64,000 nucleotides of DNA, taken from assembly GCA_030295235.1 (NCBI GenBank), contig AP026144.1:310001-374000 (forward strand), given 5' to 3'. The translations under genes and the position numbers were made by a program. The first letter of the stretch is position 1. The number at the start of each line of letters is the position of its first letter. Of the stretch, positions 12,566 to 24,154 are shown one piece after another. The DNA comes from Fistulifera solaris. Lineage: Eukaryota. The notes under the pieces were generated by a model that saw only the letters and a program-made list of their open reading frames with translations, was not told the origin of the DNA and searched no databases.

Positions 12566-13748
12566 ATGAAGATACAACGACGCAAACAGTTTTCGCCGTA
12601 CGTGATCCATTGTACAAGACAACAGAGGCGCATCTTTGGCTCTTTATTGACCATCCTGGCATTCGTCGCCTACACGACAACTATCTGGGCGCCCATGGTG
12701 GCACAAGATCATGCCTGGGTCGGACTTCGAACCATACAACGAAAAAATGGATCTCAAATTCGGCGCAGCCCTTTGTACGTTTTTCCAAGTTGTCCTCGTA
12801 CGCATTTGTTCTCTCAAATAATGTCCTCACATCTCATATTCTTACTTTTTCTTGTTTACAGAATACCGGCGGCCTCGCGAGTTCCGCCAAAAATCTCATT
12901 ATCGTGGCTGGTCATTCCGTTACCATATCGGGGCATTTGGAAGATGCGAATCAAGACGAGAATGACTGGTTTCTGCTGGATTATCAACGGCATCGAGGAT
13001 TGCCGGAAGCTATTGTGGGGCACATTCGAGCCGGTATCGCGGCGGCGCAAAAGGATCCGACCAGTTTGTTAGTATTCAGTGGCGGTGAAACACGGGCGGC
13101 GACGGGTCCCGAAACGGAAGGGGCAAGTTATTATCGGGTGACGGATGCCATGCAATTATGGCCATCGCAATCGACTGTGCGGGCGAGAACGATTACAGAA
13201 GATTTTGCGACAGATTCATTTGAAAATTTGTACGTGTCGTCTTCAATATATCGTTATTGGATGCTGTATGTGTGTCATACTCACCCACTTCTCTCTTTAG
13301 AATGTTCTCGATATGTCGCTTTCGAGAAGTCACAGGATCGTATCCGGACACTATTACCGTAGTATCTTTCTCATTCAAACAAACGCGATTCCAGACTATG
13401 CATGCGAAAGCATTGCGATGGCCACCGAATCGTTTTCAATACATTGGTGTCGATCCTTCAGCATCCACGGGGTTTGTATTGGAAGAAGCCATGAAAGGCG
13501 AGCTCGAAAACTCAGTCAAACCTTTCCAATCCGACCCGTACGGATGTCACTCCAAAATTTTGCAAGAGAAACGCAAGCAGCGAAACCCCTTTTCGCGCAC
13601 CCCGCCCTACACCTTGTCGTGTCCGGAGATGAGTGACTTGCTCCGATTCTGCGGGTCCGATTTGATACCTTTGGACAAAGTGCCGTGGGGCAAAGGAAAT
13701 AATGATTGTCAGCCTTGCATTTTGACGGCCGGTTTTGTTAAAATGTGA
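12566..13748 (+). CDS. DUF218-like conserved protein (YOR238W/C57A10.07 type) with N-terminal anchor; introns ~12775-12861 and 13230-13300
   Basis: Motifs NLIIVAGH, LLVFSGGETR..GP..EG.SY and TEDFATDSFENL|MFSICRFREVTGSYP..ITVVSFSFK..RF. The frame of exon 1 is uncertain. Confidence 0.75.
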
Positions 13749-13888
13749 TTGTTAATGATAAAACTGACAAAGCAATTTCATAATGGACTAGGATTTCTCA
13801 ACTAGCCATTCTTTTTGTAGAACACAATCAGATTTTTAGCATAAGCACCCATACCCTTGATACGCATCACCAACTATCGTGTTGAGAC

Positions 13889-14519
13889 TAGTGAATGGAC
13901 TCGACTCGGTTCGGTTGGACCAACCGAGTATGAGTCGAGTATACCTGCCAACCGAGTAGAGTCGAGTATGTACTCGATTGAATGACGTCATAGATGCTAC
14001 TGTATACATAACAGTGAATGGGATCTTCGCACTTCGCCAGTTTTGGCGAAGAACCAAGAATTGGTTATGGCTGATGGCCGATGGCAAAGGCCGATCGTAT
14101 CAGAGTAAGAACAGAAGCAGCAATTGGTTACATATTCTCTTTTATCTGTTTATCTGTTCATTATTCATGTCTGAAGATAGCCCTGATATAGAAGTTATCC
14201 TTGGGGACAGGGACGAAGATGGGATGTCGACCACCCCGCCACAAAAGCGCCCAGCCTCTTCTCCTCCTGAAGCTGAACCAAACGCCATACACAATGAAGT
14301 GATTAATCTAATTTAATTGTTAAGCTATAGTTTATAGAGCGTACTTCATTGATTTAATTATTTCGTCGTTCCGTGATGCACATAGCACATAGCACGTTAG
14401 TACAATGGGCTACTATAGTACTCGGTTCAACCGAGTAGTAAAGTATTGGAACCGAACCGGGCTGAACCCGACTCGACTCGGTTGTACTCGGTTCGAAGTC
14501 GAACCGAGTCCCATCACTA
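13889..14519. mobile_element. Non-autonomous hAT-type DNA transposon (631 bp)
   Basis: TIRs TAGTGAATGGACTCG / CGAGTCCCATCACTA. 8-bp TSD GTTGAGAC (13881-13888) versus GTTGAGCC (14520-14527). Dense subterminal ACTCG/AACCGAGT repeats at both ends. Confidence 0.88.
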
Positions 14520-14765
14520 GTTGAGCCGTTCTCTGAGAGCAGGTTTTGTCTTTAAGTTATAGAGGTCTATAATCTCAAAATTTTATTTCCTCGCACCGTC
14601 GTCGGGTCCACACTTTTGTCGCGAACCTTTGAATCCCCCTAAGACCTAATCCTAATGCTATTTGCTGACCGTCGCCCCAATGCTTTTTACTCCGTACTTT
14701 AGATTCATCGGTCATGGGTCATGGCGCATGGCGCAATAAGTTACCACCGGTAGCGTACAGTACCG

Positions 14766-14844
14766 GGAACGGCGTTAAAATTCTGCCTCGTCGTAGACGC
14801 TACGTAGAATCTTGTACTGGGAGGCAGAATTTTAACGTCCTTCC
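14766..14844 (+). mobile_element. ~79-bp hairpin MITE, copy 2
   Basis: GGAACGGCGTTAAAATTCTGCCTC...GAGGCAGAATTTTAACGTCCTTCC with CCG on both sides, a possible 3-bp TSD. Confidence 0.88.
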
Positions 14845-15910
14845 CCGGTACCTGGTAGGATCCTACAAATAATATACTTTGTAGTCATGAGTCGTGGTCG
14901 TGGGACGACGGGACGACTGCCCTTTCGGTGTTGCTGTCGTGTCTTGATTGTGACCACTAATTTCTGTACTCGCAAAGATCGCAATGTTAATTATTAATTA
15001 GTACCCTTTAACCAATAAAGAAAAGATTACAGCACGGTTAGCGTTCGGCGAGTTCGGCGTTGAATGAGAAAACTGTGGAAATGTAGCAGTAAAAAGTTAG
15101 AGCTAACGATTAGTGGTTAGAAACAATGGAACATTTAGTATTACATCATTGACAGATCCCTTATACCTCTACCATACTACACTGAATTCTCTAGTCAAAA
15201 TATTATCGTTCTGAAACACTGACATCATTTCCACTTTTACTTTCAGACTGGAGCAGCGAACAGGATTCTACGTGGCTTCGTTGCTTCTATTTGTGTTCTA
15301 CACTAAGTTTCGTATGCGGCGTCTTCATTTACTACAAAAAATGTTGCCGTGTCGAATTCATTCTGCACTGACGTGGTCCTCCACGTAAGCACAAAATCGA
15401 GAAAATTAGCTACGTTCGCAAGACTTCCGGAATCGGAGTCCCAGATTCAGTTCTGAATGGCAATCGCACTATCCAGGTTTTCTACTGTTTCCTAGTGGGA
15501 TTTGTCCTATGTCTACTTTTCATTCCTAGCAAATAGCCCTTAATATCGCTTTGAATGTAGTCTTTCAACCGCCCCTCGTATAGCCCCACTTGTAGCCGCC
15601 GATGTCGCCGTCTTCCATCTTCATTCATTATTTATGCTACAGAAACGTAGATTTCAACGTAGTGGAAGTACCGGAAAACGAGTTGTCTGCTTTGTTGCTG
15701 CAGTCGAAGACAAAGGTCAGTTGCTTTTACTGCTCGCAGTTTTTTCGTGCTCAACCTGGATGGAAGCGTTGTTTGCGAGATTGGATTAGGTTGTATAAAG
15801 GGGCGTTGACTTCATTTACTCTGCCCATACTCCTTCCAGTTTCTCTACATTTAATTAGATCCGCCCCACCGATTGGACTGCTTTGTGTTGCTCGAGGTAT
15901 CGCGCTCACA

Positions 15911-16719
15911 ATGACCGAAATTAGTCTCAACTCAAGATCGACCGAGTCCGCCCCGATATCGCCTACCGCCAGCGGACAAAGCGATATTCCCTTTTGAATC
16001 TCAAGAAGCGATCGAATAAGAACGATTCGAAACGTGTTGTCCTTGCCTCGGTAAACTCTGCTTTCTTAGACGGCTTGTTTGCGGATGTCGCCCAGGCACA
16101 AGGAGATTCATTTTCGGATGAATCCAACAGTTTTTGCTTCGACGAATGCGATACGCGCAGTGACCCCTCAAAGTCTTTTAAGAAAACACGTCTCTCTAAA
16201 ACAAAGTCTATGACGCGTTGCGGGAAGTCATATTTACAGCTAAATATGCCAGAGGCATCGACTGTTTCGAGCGAGTTCGATTCGATGTTCTCTTCCACTG
16301 TTTCTCCCTACGCAGCACAACGAAGCGACTCTCTTGAGTTTCAGCTCAGTTGTGTTTCTGAATCTTCTTGTGATAACGTCGCTGCTCGCAACACGGCAAT
16401 CTCTACAACTGCTAAGCTTGCATTTCCGAGGCTTCTTTCGGTATCTACGTGTGCTAACTCCTCTAGCACTCTGCTACCTCGAAAGGTATCCGATCTACAA
16501 TCACTTGTCACTGAAGACTCGTCCCCCAAAGAGAGCTACGGATGGTTTGTTGAAATGGACGATGACCACTACAATAACTCATCGGACCTTTACAAGGCCT
16601 CTACAGGCACTCTTGCATTTTCTGCACCTACCGCGCCCAAAGCTGCTAACTTCGATGCCGAAGTCGAATGGGCAAAGGCCGCCGATACGGTTGATGATGT
16701 CCTCGGGGACTTCTTCTAA
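15911..16719 (+). CDS. Ser-rich hypothetical protein (frameshift near 15992)
   Basis: Long ORF with motif-like blocks VNSAFLDGLFADVA, ESYGWFVEMDDD and EVEWAKAADTVDDVLGDFF. The likely ATG is at 15911. Confidence 0.7.
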
Positions 16720-18602
16720 AAAGTTTCCACACTTTCACGTCTCCCATCTATCTACGCGCTACGCTACATACATTTATCTATCCTTCCTACTACCATCCAT
16801 CTCACACCACCTGTGATCAAACCTTTTCATTGAATACATTCTTTGGATTTTAAGATATCAGACATATGTTTTGTTCTGAAATCAACGCCGACAGATTGCA
16901 CCCAAGACTTTAGCTCTTAGGATAATTTAGCACTCAGTCTTTTCACACACTAATGTCTTTCGCTAGAGTGCCGATGTCGTCAGCCATTTTTCATCACAGA
17001 TTGCATGTAAAAATGAATGGAGAAGCTCATATAAGTCTACCTGGTATGGAGAATCGATGAAAAGAACAAGCCACAGCTAGATCTTAAAAAAATTGGTTTC
17101 GTTTCGAGTTTCGAGAGATCCTAGCCCACGGTCACGGAGTATCTTTGCGTGCGAAATCGAGAACGCTAAAGAAGTCAATTCTCGAAAGGTCGCTGACGTA
17201 CACCGTACATCCGCTATCCGTACATTTCGCCTTTCTGCCGCGTTGTACTTTACTGAGTCAAAACGTGAAACCGCAACGGTACACACACCACGAAATCCGT
17301 TCGCTTGGACAACAGAAACTCGTGGCTGACGTACGTGATCTCCTTAACCCCCACCCTGGTGAAGTAAAACGAAAATTCTTCCGCCAAACAGATTGTTTTC
17401 TTTTGGTGATCGCAGAAGATTGTTTTATTGTTTAACGCCTCTGTTATTTGTGTATTGTTATCTTTGTGGCGAATTTTCGCAGAAAGCGATGAACGATGAA
17501 CTATGAACGACACTGCAATTATACATGATGATGTTCTTGACTAGCAATTCTTGACCGACGACGACGATGCTCAGTCAAATAATTCTTTTTCATCTCTTCT
17601 GGTATTCTCTCCTTGCAAATCTTTTCCTCTTTAGAAGAATTGCTAATTGATGGCTGGTTATCGTTCTAGATTATGGCGCATGAGGTCATGTGAATTGATT
17701 TGTGGACAGGATATAACAAGTCTGTCTCGAATCAAACAGCGTATTGATGATTTGAAGATTCAACGACGGAGGCATCGAAAACCAATGAATCTCATTCAAC
17801 CAGACGAAGCTTAACTAAACCGATGTGAGCTTCCAAAATAGAAGCACCACGTCGGTTACTGCATTTTACCATCCCGTGCCCACATCGATGGGTGGTTAAT
17901 CATAGCTTCTGAGGTCATGGAGCGCTGCTACCGACATCATACGGAAAATCTATACGACGAGTCGTCGACTATGGAAAGAAAAACCGTGGAAGTTGCCGAC
18001 AGACGAGAGCTCTTTGACTAAGGTCTGGCAATAGAATGGATCGAAACCGAACTCTTGTGCGACTATTTGGTGCACATGTCGCACATTCCTGCTCGTCCTC
18101 TTGAAAAGAAATCAAAAAAAAGACGTTTATCGATCGAATAGGCTTCACCGGAAAAGTCTTTGTGCCATAAAAATGAACTCTTCGCATTCATGATGGACGA
18201 CGAGAATTCGTCTGTGAACAAAAAAGTGGATCATTTATTTTTGTTGTGATGGCAATCGGCTTTCTTGGAATTTTCCTACGGGTTTCTTTTACGTGGCATT
18301 TGTACTAGGGAATAAGAACCCTTGAAGTTCACCTGCCAAGTAAAGATCGAAAAGTCGCGCCTTGTTTGGTTCTAAGCGCTCCATACATCATTACCGGTAC
18401 GACGCTATACCGTGTCTCGCTACAATGTGCACCACGACTTTCTGACTTCGTCATCTTCCTTTTGCGGTGATGCTACTGCAACCACGTTTTTGTTTCGTTT
18501 TCTTGTTCTCCTGTTCTGCAAACATGCCATACATTCGAAACGAACGAATTAGAGTCAGATTCCTTCGCTTGCCATATTTATTAACGCCTTATAAAAGACA
18601 AT

Positions 18603-19190
18603 ATGATGCGGTCGATTCGCTTTGCCGCCGTCCTCATTTTGGGGACACTTACCCTTTCTTGCTCATTCGGTGTTTCGCCGAACGTGCTGACACGAGTACG
18701 CCGATCCATTTCGGCCAGATCCGCCGTTTCGACACCAGATACTGCTCGACGCGATCAGTCAGAGTCAAACGAAAACACCACCAATTCATGGATCCCCACT
18801 AAGGAAGGAAACTTTCTTCCCAATTTCGAACGAAATCGAATCATCCGAGTGAATACTTTGGAAGAATACAGGCGCCACGTCGGCGAAGAACAACATCGCA
18901 TGGTCTGTGTTCGCTTCTTCTCGCAAACTTGTCGGGCCTGTAAGGCAGCCGAGCCCATGTTCCGACGTATGACACTGGAATATCCCTCGATCAAGTTTGT
19001 CGAAGTTCCCTTGCTGGAACACAACATGTACATGCTGAAAGGATTGGGCGTCCCGTCGTTCCCTTATGTGCATTTGTATTATCCGGGTGCTGGATTAGTC
19101 GAGGAGAGTCGTATCAATCGCAAAGTGTTTGCGGATTTCCAAGCTGTCTTGCAACAGTATGTGGACGGATACTGTCGCGTAGAACTCTAG
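18603..19190 (+). CDS. Atypical thioredoxin-like protein (CRAC site), probably plastid-targeted
   Basis: VRFFSQTCRACK and LGVPSFPYVHLY. Signal peptide ending SCS-F. Confidence 0.8.
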   Translation: MMRSIRFAAVLILGTLTLSCSFGVSPNVLTRVRRSISARSAVSTPDTARRDQSESNENTTNSWIPTKEGNFLPNFERNRIIRVNTLEEYRRHVGEEQHRMVCVRFFSQTCRACKAAEPMFRRMTLEYPSIKFVEVPLLEHNMYMLKGLGVPSFPYVHLYYPGAGLVEESRINRKVFADFQAVLQQYVDGYCRVEL

Positions 19191-19280
19191 TTGAGGCGCC
19201 TTTCCTTCACTTTGCATCATGTACATAATTGTAAAATAGAAATCAAAAATTTCATACGGGGCTTTACTGTTACATTGTTT

Positions 19281-20620
19281 TCACTCAACCCGAGCTTTCT
19301 TATTGGCTGACTCGGTAACCTCCGCTGGTAGATCGAGTGGAGGGACAGTACGGACCGCTTCGGGTAGATGAAACGACACGCAAAGCATATTTTTCGTCGG
19401 CGAGACATCCCGTACAATGTGTATATCGGCTTCTTGTATAGTACAACGCAGTGCTTCCTCACAACGCAAAATGGCTTCTTGGTGGTCGTCGGATTCCGAA
19501 GATTTGGGACAAAAGCAATGAACGTGCACAACAGGGCATTTGGAAAGTTTCCATCCACGGAATGCATCGAGAAATTCGGGTGCCGAGGCGGGTAGATTCA
19601 TAATGACATGATCCACTTGTTCGATTTGATTTTGAATTTCCTGTACCAACAAACGGGCGTCTGTATTGTAGCAAACTAGATTCTCACACTTGTTGTCCGA
19701 AGCATTGATTTGTAAATACCGAAAGGATTCTGGATTTAGATCATTGGCAAAGACGCGAATGCTGACATGAGACGGAGCTTTGGATTTGTTGCCTTGATGT
19801 GAACGAGCTGTCAAAGGAACCGCAAAGGGCCTACTCCGGCCATGAGATCCAGTACGGTGGTTGTCTCACGCTGGGACTCCTTGGCTTCTTTCCGAATGAC
19901 ATTCACGAGTCGTCGATGCTCTCCTCCGAGTCGGCTGTTCCAATACACAGTTTGAAAATCCAATTGAAACGTGCAATTTTCTTCCTTCACGGTGACTTCG
20001 GACCATCCCTTTGCACTACTTCCCGCAATGACTTCCATTCCGAACGTCCGATATTCCGTTTCAATGGTACCGACTTTGTTCACGACTGTTTTGATTCTAG
20101 GATGATGCTTGTCGAGTAGTACTTTTCCAATCCAGTATTTGTACGGCAAGAGTTCCTCGCGTAAATTGATGTGAATGAGCGACCCGACTGTTTCAAATGC
20201 GGAAGGGATTTCTTTGGTGTCCGGGGGAAGAATTTTTCGCAGCAACTCATCGGCATCTAGATCGTCGTACGTGATTCGCACGGTTCGGACTAGTTGGCGT
20301 GCATCATTATTCGTATCGGCTAGAAAGGATTGGACCACTTCATGTTCGAAAACATTCTTGTTAGAATTCTTTTGAAGAAGGAGGATCCGACGCCTCGAGT
20401 CTTCCGGATCTTCCAAGACGGTCTTCATTTTGGGCCGGTAAAACAGTACAGAGCTCAGCAGACGTCTCGCTTCGGCTGTCTTTTTGGCCGGAATCGAGAG
20501 AGCGGGAAAATCGGATGTTTCTTCAAGCGTTTTTACAGAGGGAAAGGCATCCAGTGGATAACATGATTGTTGATCGCTTTCTTGTTTGTCATGGCTCTCA
20601 GATATCGATTTTTCGTACAT
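19281..20620 (-). CDS. TRM5: tRNA (guanine37-N1)-methyltransferase TRM5 (frameshift near 19825)
   Basis: Motifs IPSAFETVGSLIHINLR, KTVVNKVGTIETEYRTF, VYWNSRL, DLMAGVGP, ANDLNP and HVIMNLP. Confidence 0.93.
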
Positions 20621-20897
20621 TTTGTTTTGATATACGAGTGAACAGAATACGAGCTATTAAGTTATTTCTCACTGCTTTGTTTAAAAAAAGTAATGGTCAA
20701 AGTAAAGTATCTTGGTAATGATAAACGAAAAGGTTGAAAATAAATAATGAACGATCGGCGGATCGCGAAGGAGGAGAAACGTGTAACCGTGCAATCGTAT
20801 CCGGTACTCGGGTGACGGACAGAGTGACGAAGGTGCCGAGTCCGAGTGCCTACAAATTTAGGGTTACTTTGTAGGTTGGCTTACTTCTTGCACTTAC

Positions 20898-20967
20898 GGA
20901 AGGACGTTAAAATTCTGCCTCCCAGTACAAGATTCTACGTAGCGTCTACGACGAGGCAGAATTTTCC
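20898..20967 (-). mobile_element. Hairpin MITE, copy 3 (reverse orientation, 9-bp deletion in one arm)
   Basis: Reverse complement of copy 2 lacking AACGGCGTT. Confidence 0.85.
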
Positions 20968-21291
20968 CAGAACTTCGACTGTAGAGGATTTCGGGTGACC
21001 AAGTAAAAGTAGCCGTTGCTTAGATTCCAACTAAACCAAAAACGAGATTCGTGGTTACCCCTTATAAGGACGTGTAGATACTTCATATAATGTGTTTAAA
21101 GAAATATTGACGTTGTGTTCTCGATATCATCGTTGCAAAAGCGCATGCCGCATTTGAAGGCATGTTTGAGCCGGGAAATAGAAGCACCATTACAAGGGTG
21201 TACCAGGTATTTTGAATACTTTTCTCTATTGTCACAAACCTTTGTTTACAAACAAATACCCTCAAGAAGTATTCATAGCGAGCAAAGAAGA

Positions 21292-23563
21292 ATGAGGGGT
21301 CTGGTGTTTTCTCGATATTATGTTTCCTGCACGCTGATATTTCTCGCTTCGACCACCACCGCTTTCCCTGATGCTCCTATGATACAACGACAAGAATTCA
21401 TTGCCGCCATGCAACGTATCGACGATGAGCAAATTGTAAATCAACAGCAACAGGAAATACAGCAAAGACTGAGAAGTGCCGCAATTCGAGTCACTCCGGA
21501 TCATCGCGAACTATACAATCAAAATGGAAATCAATACAACGGAGCGAACGAATACGCCAACAAATATTACAATTACCAAGGAGGACAGAACTATTACGAG
21601 CCAGTGGATTTGTCAGAATTCGCCTTCAAGTACGTCGGCTGTCAAGATATCGCTACGTGGAGTGACAATCACGCGTCGGCGGGTCAAACTCCCACGGCCA
21701 TGCGTCGCTTCGTCACCTTTCGTCTGTGTGAAGCCAATACGTGCTCGACCTACAACAAATATGGCTGCAATAATCACTATGGAGAGTACGTGATCCCCAT
21801 GGAAGACTATCTCGATATCATGACAACCTATCATTTCAAGCAATACAGTCGCTACTGCCAAACTTGTGAGGCGTGCAGTAAGTTTGACTACACGTTGTAT
21901 CTCAATAAAGTGGCCGCCTATCAGTCGTATGTGAATCAAATGAATAAGCGGAACCAAAATAACAACAAGAACAATAATAATAATAGTAATGGCAGCAGTT
22001 CGAGCAGTTCCACCAACGATGATACGGCCGCCGACGATGCATCGACGAACGCCGATGATGCGGTCGCCACCGACGATGCCGCGGCGACTGATGATGCCAC
22101 GACCGATGACACAATGCAAGAAGCTCCAAGCGATGATGGTCATGTGACGTACGACGATGCACTCGGATACAAGTACGGGGCTTACGGTTACAACTTTTAC
22201 GATGATGCCTTCAAATCTTACGCCGGGTCGGACGATGATACTTCGAATCAAATCGGAGATGATTTTTGGAATCAATACGTCTGGCACTACGGAGGGGCCA
22301 GCAGCAACGACGACAACAACAATGGAGGAAGGAGGCTTTCTTATTCGTCGAATAGTTATTCCAACAATGGTGCGTCTGTTTACAACAAGAATTTTGGAAA
22401 TTACGTGAGTGGAGGTTATTATGGGGGTAACATACCAGCGCCGAAGTTACCCTGGTACATTGCTTCGGACGGAACCTGCTTATTCAAGTCGGCGTGTCAA
22501 AATTTCAAGGGTGCGTGCCGAGCGTATAACGCAAATGCCACCAACTACATACCATATTTTTCATGCCGGGCATTCCAAATGGGAAACGCGGTAAGCTATG
22601 TTGGTCCACATTGCCGCAGCGATGGACACACGATCGGCATCGCGTTGTACAAAGATCAATATTGCAGTTCCTATGTCGGCGACGTTTCCGAAATTGAGAA
22701 GTACACCGGCAAAAAGTTTGACGACAGTGAGCTATCCCTGTTCTACGACAAGTCATGTATATCGTGCAAAGCGTCGGAAAGTTACGCACTCGCTACATCA
22801 ACGAGCAGTAGCAGAAACAGTGGAAGTGGAAGTGGTAGTTCAACGGTACACGAAACGTACCCTTTTGTACGGTTGCGTATGACTCAAGTGCAAAATGCAA
22901 CAAGAATTTCAAATCAACCAATGCATTGGTAGGTACTTTCTTTGTTGCTCGGCCCTGGTGCGTGTCATGATATTGCCTAACAACTACTTCGATGTTTTCT
23001 AGTACGAAGATGATGAATCTCAAAGTAAAGTGTGCACATTCATAGACACACTTATCGAAAATCATTATAATGAGCGCGGTCAGATTGTTGTGAAAGAGGA
23101 TTTCCGTTTTTCAAAGTGGAATTCCGGAGCCGAATATATCAGTCTTGCGCAGAAAGCCTCTCCAATACAGCTTATATCGCTGATAACAAGTATGGCGATT
23201 TCTTTGAGTCTGCTGATTTACTCGGTGCATTTATACAAAAAGTTAATGTACCGCATGCCTTGGAGACCGCCCAAGAGTGTCCATTCTCCGACTTCTGGTG
23301 GACAGTCTGTTGCCGGCGACTATGATTTCGATACACGTGTAGAAGCAGGCAGATTATCTCGAATTAACTCCGGCATCACCGCCCTTCGATCTATCAGCTA
23401 CGATGGGCACTCCGTCTCTGCATTCTCTCAATTTCCCGCTGGCCCTCTCACCGGTCAGGCCACACAGGCACCCGGTGGCATTTTACACGGAGATTTAAGT
23501 TACAGTGGTCGTTCACGGCACGGCAATGAGGACACAGCACCTTCTGCCGGAGAATTCGCCTAG
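21292..23563 (+). CDS. Silicanin-like type I membrane protein A (intron 22929-23002; frameshift near 22862)
   Basis: Signal peptide, RXL motif (REL) and N/Q/Y-rich lumenal region. Cys framework FKYVGCQ, FRLCEANTC..GC..YGEYV, YCQTCEAC, YVGPHC..DG.TI...YKDQYC, CISC. One TM segment and a cytosolic tail. Confidence 0.8.
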
Positions 23564-23623
23564 ACCTCATGTAATTAATAATATTGTTTTCGCCCTGATC
23601 AAGTTACGCTCTATCAATCTCTG

Positions 23624-23702
23624 GGAACGGCGTTAAAATTCTGCCTCGTCGTAGACGCTACGTAGAATCTTGTACCGGGAGGCAGAATTTTAACGTCCTT
23701 CA
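23624..23702 (+). mobile_element. Hairpin MITE, copy 4
   Basis: Nearly identical to copy 2; starts 60 bp after the stop codon of silicanin-like A. Confidence 0.88.
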
Positions 23703-24154
23703 ATAGTTTGTTTACACTGTGACAAATGGTCCGTGAATCGAAACGAATCTTGAAGTACATTAAACATCTATAGAAAAAGGATGGTACTATTTCTCCTAAG
23801 TAGAAGGACACTAGAACAAAAAGAAAGATGGACATCGCCGGATCTCATCATAATTTCGAAACCTACTAAATATAATCCGTAAGATATCGTTACAACTAGC
23901 AGTAGTTCCGTTGAAGGATAGGTATCTACGCCCCAACCGACAAGATTGTTCGCCGAATCCTTAAGTAATCATGTTAATCGATGTCGCATTCCCAAGGACA
24001 CCCACTGCTTCGGCGAGATATCGCATTCGATAGCGAAAGGAAGCAAGTTTTGCCATCGCTTTTGGATACAAACTGTCGACACGAAATACAATATCCGGTT
24101 GTTCGAGCCATTCCCATCCTTTGGTTCCCCAACAATAAGAAAAGTGAATTGAAC

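Noticed and set aside
16720..18600. Long intergenic region with short ORFs
   Set aside because: No convincing coding signal, repeats, TIRs or RNA gene were seen.
6531..23702. CRISPR array interpretation of the repeated palindrome
   Set aside because: The copies are kilobases apart, in both orientations, in a eukaryotic context with no cas genes.
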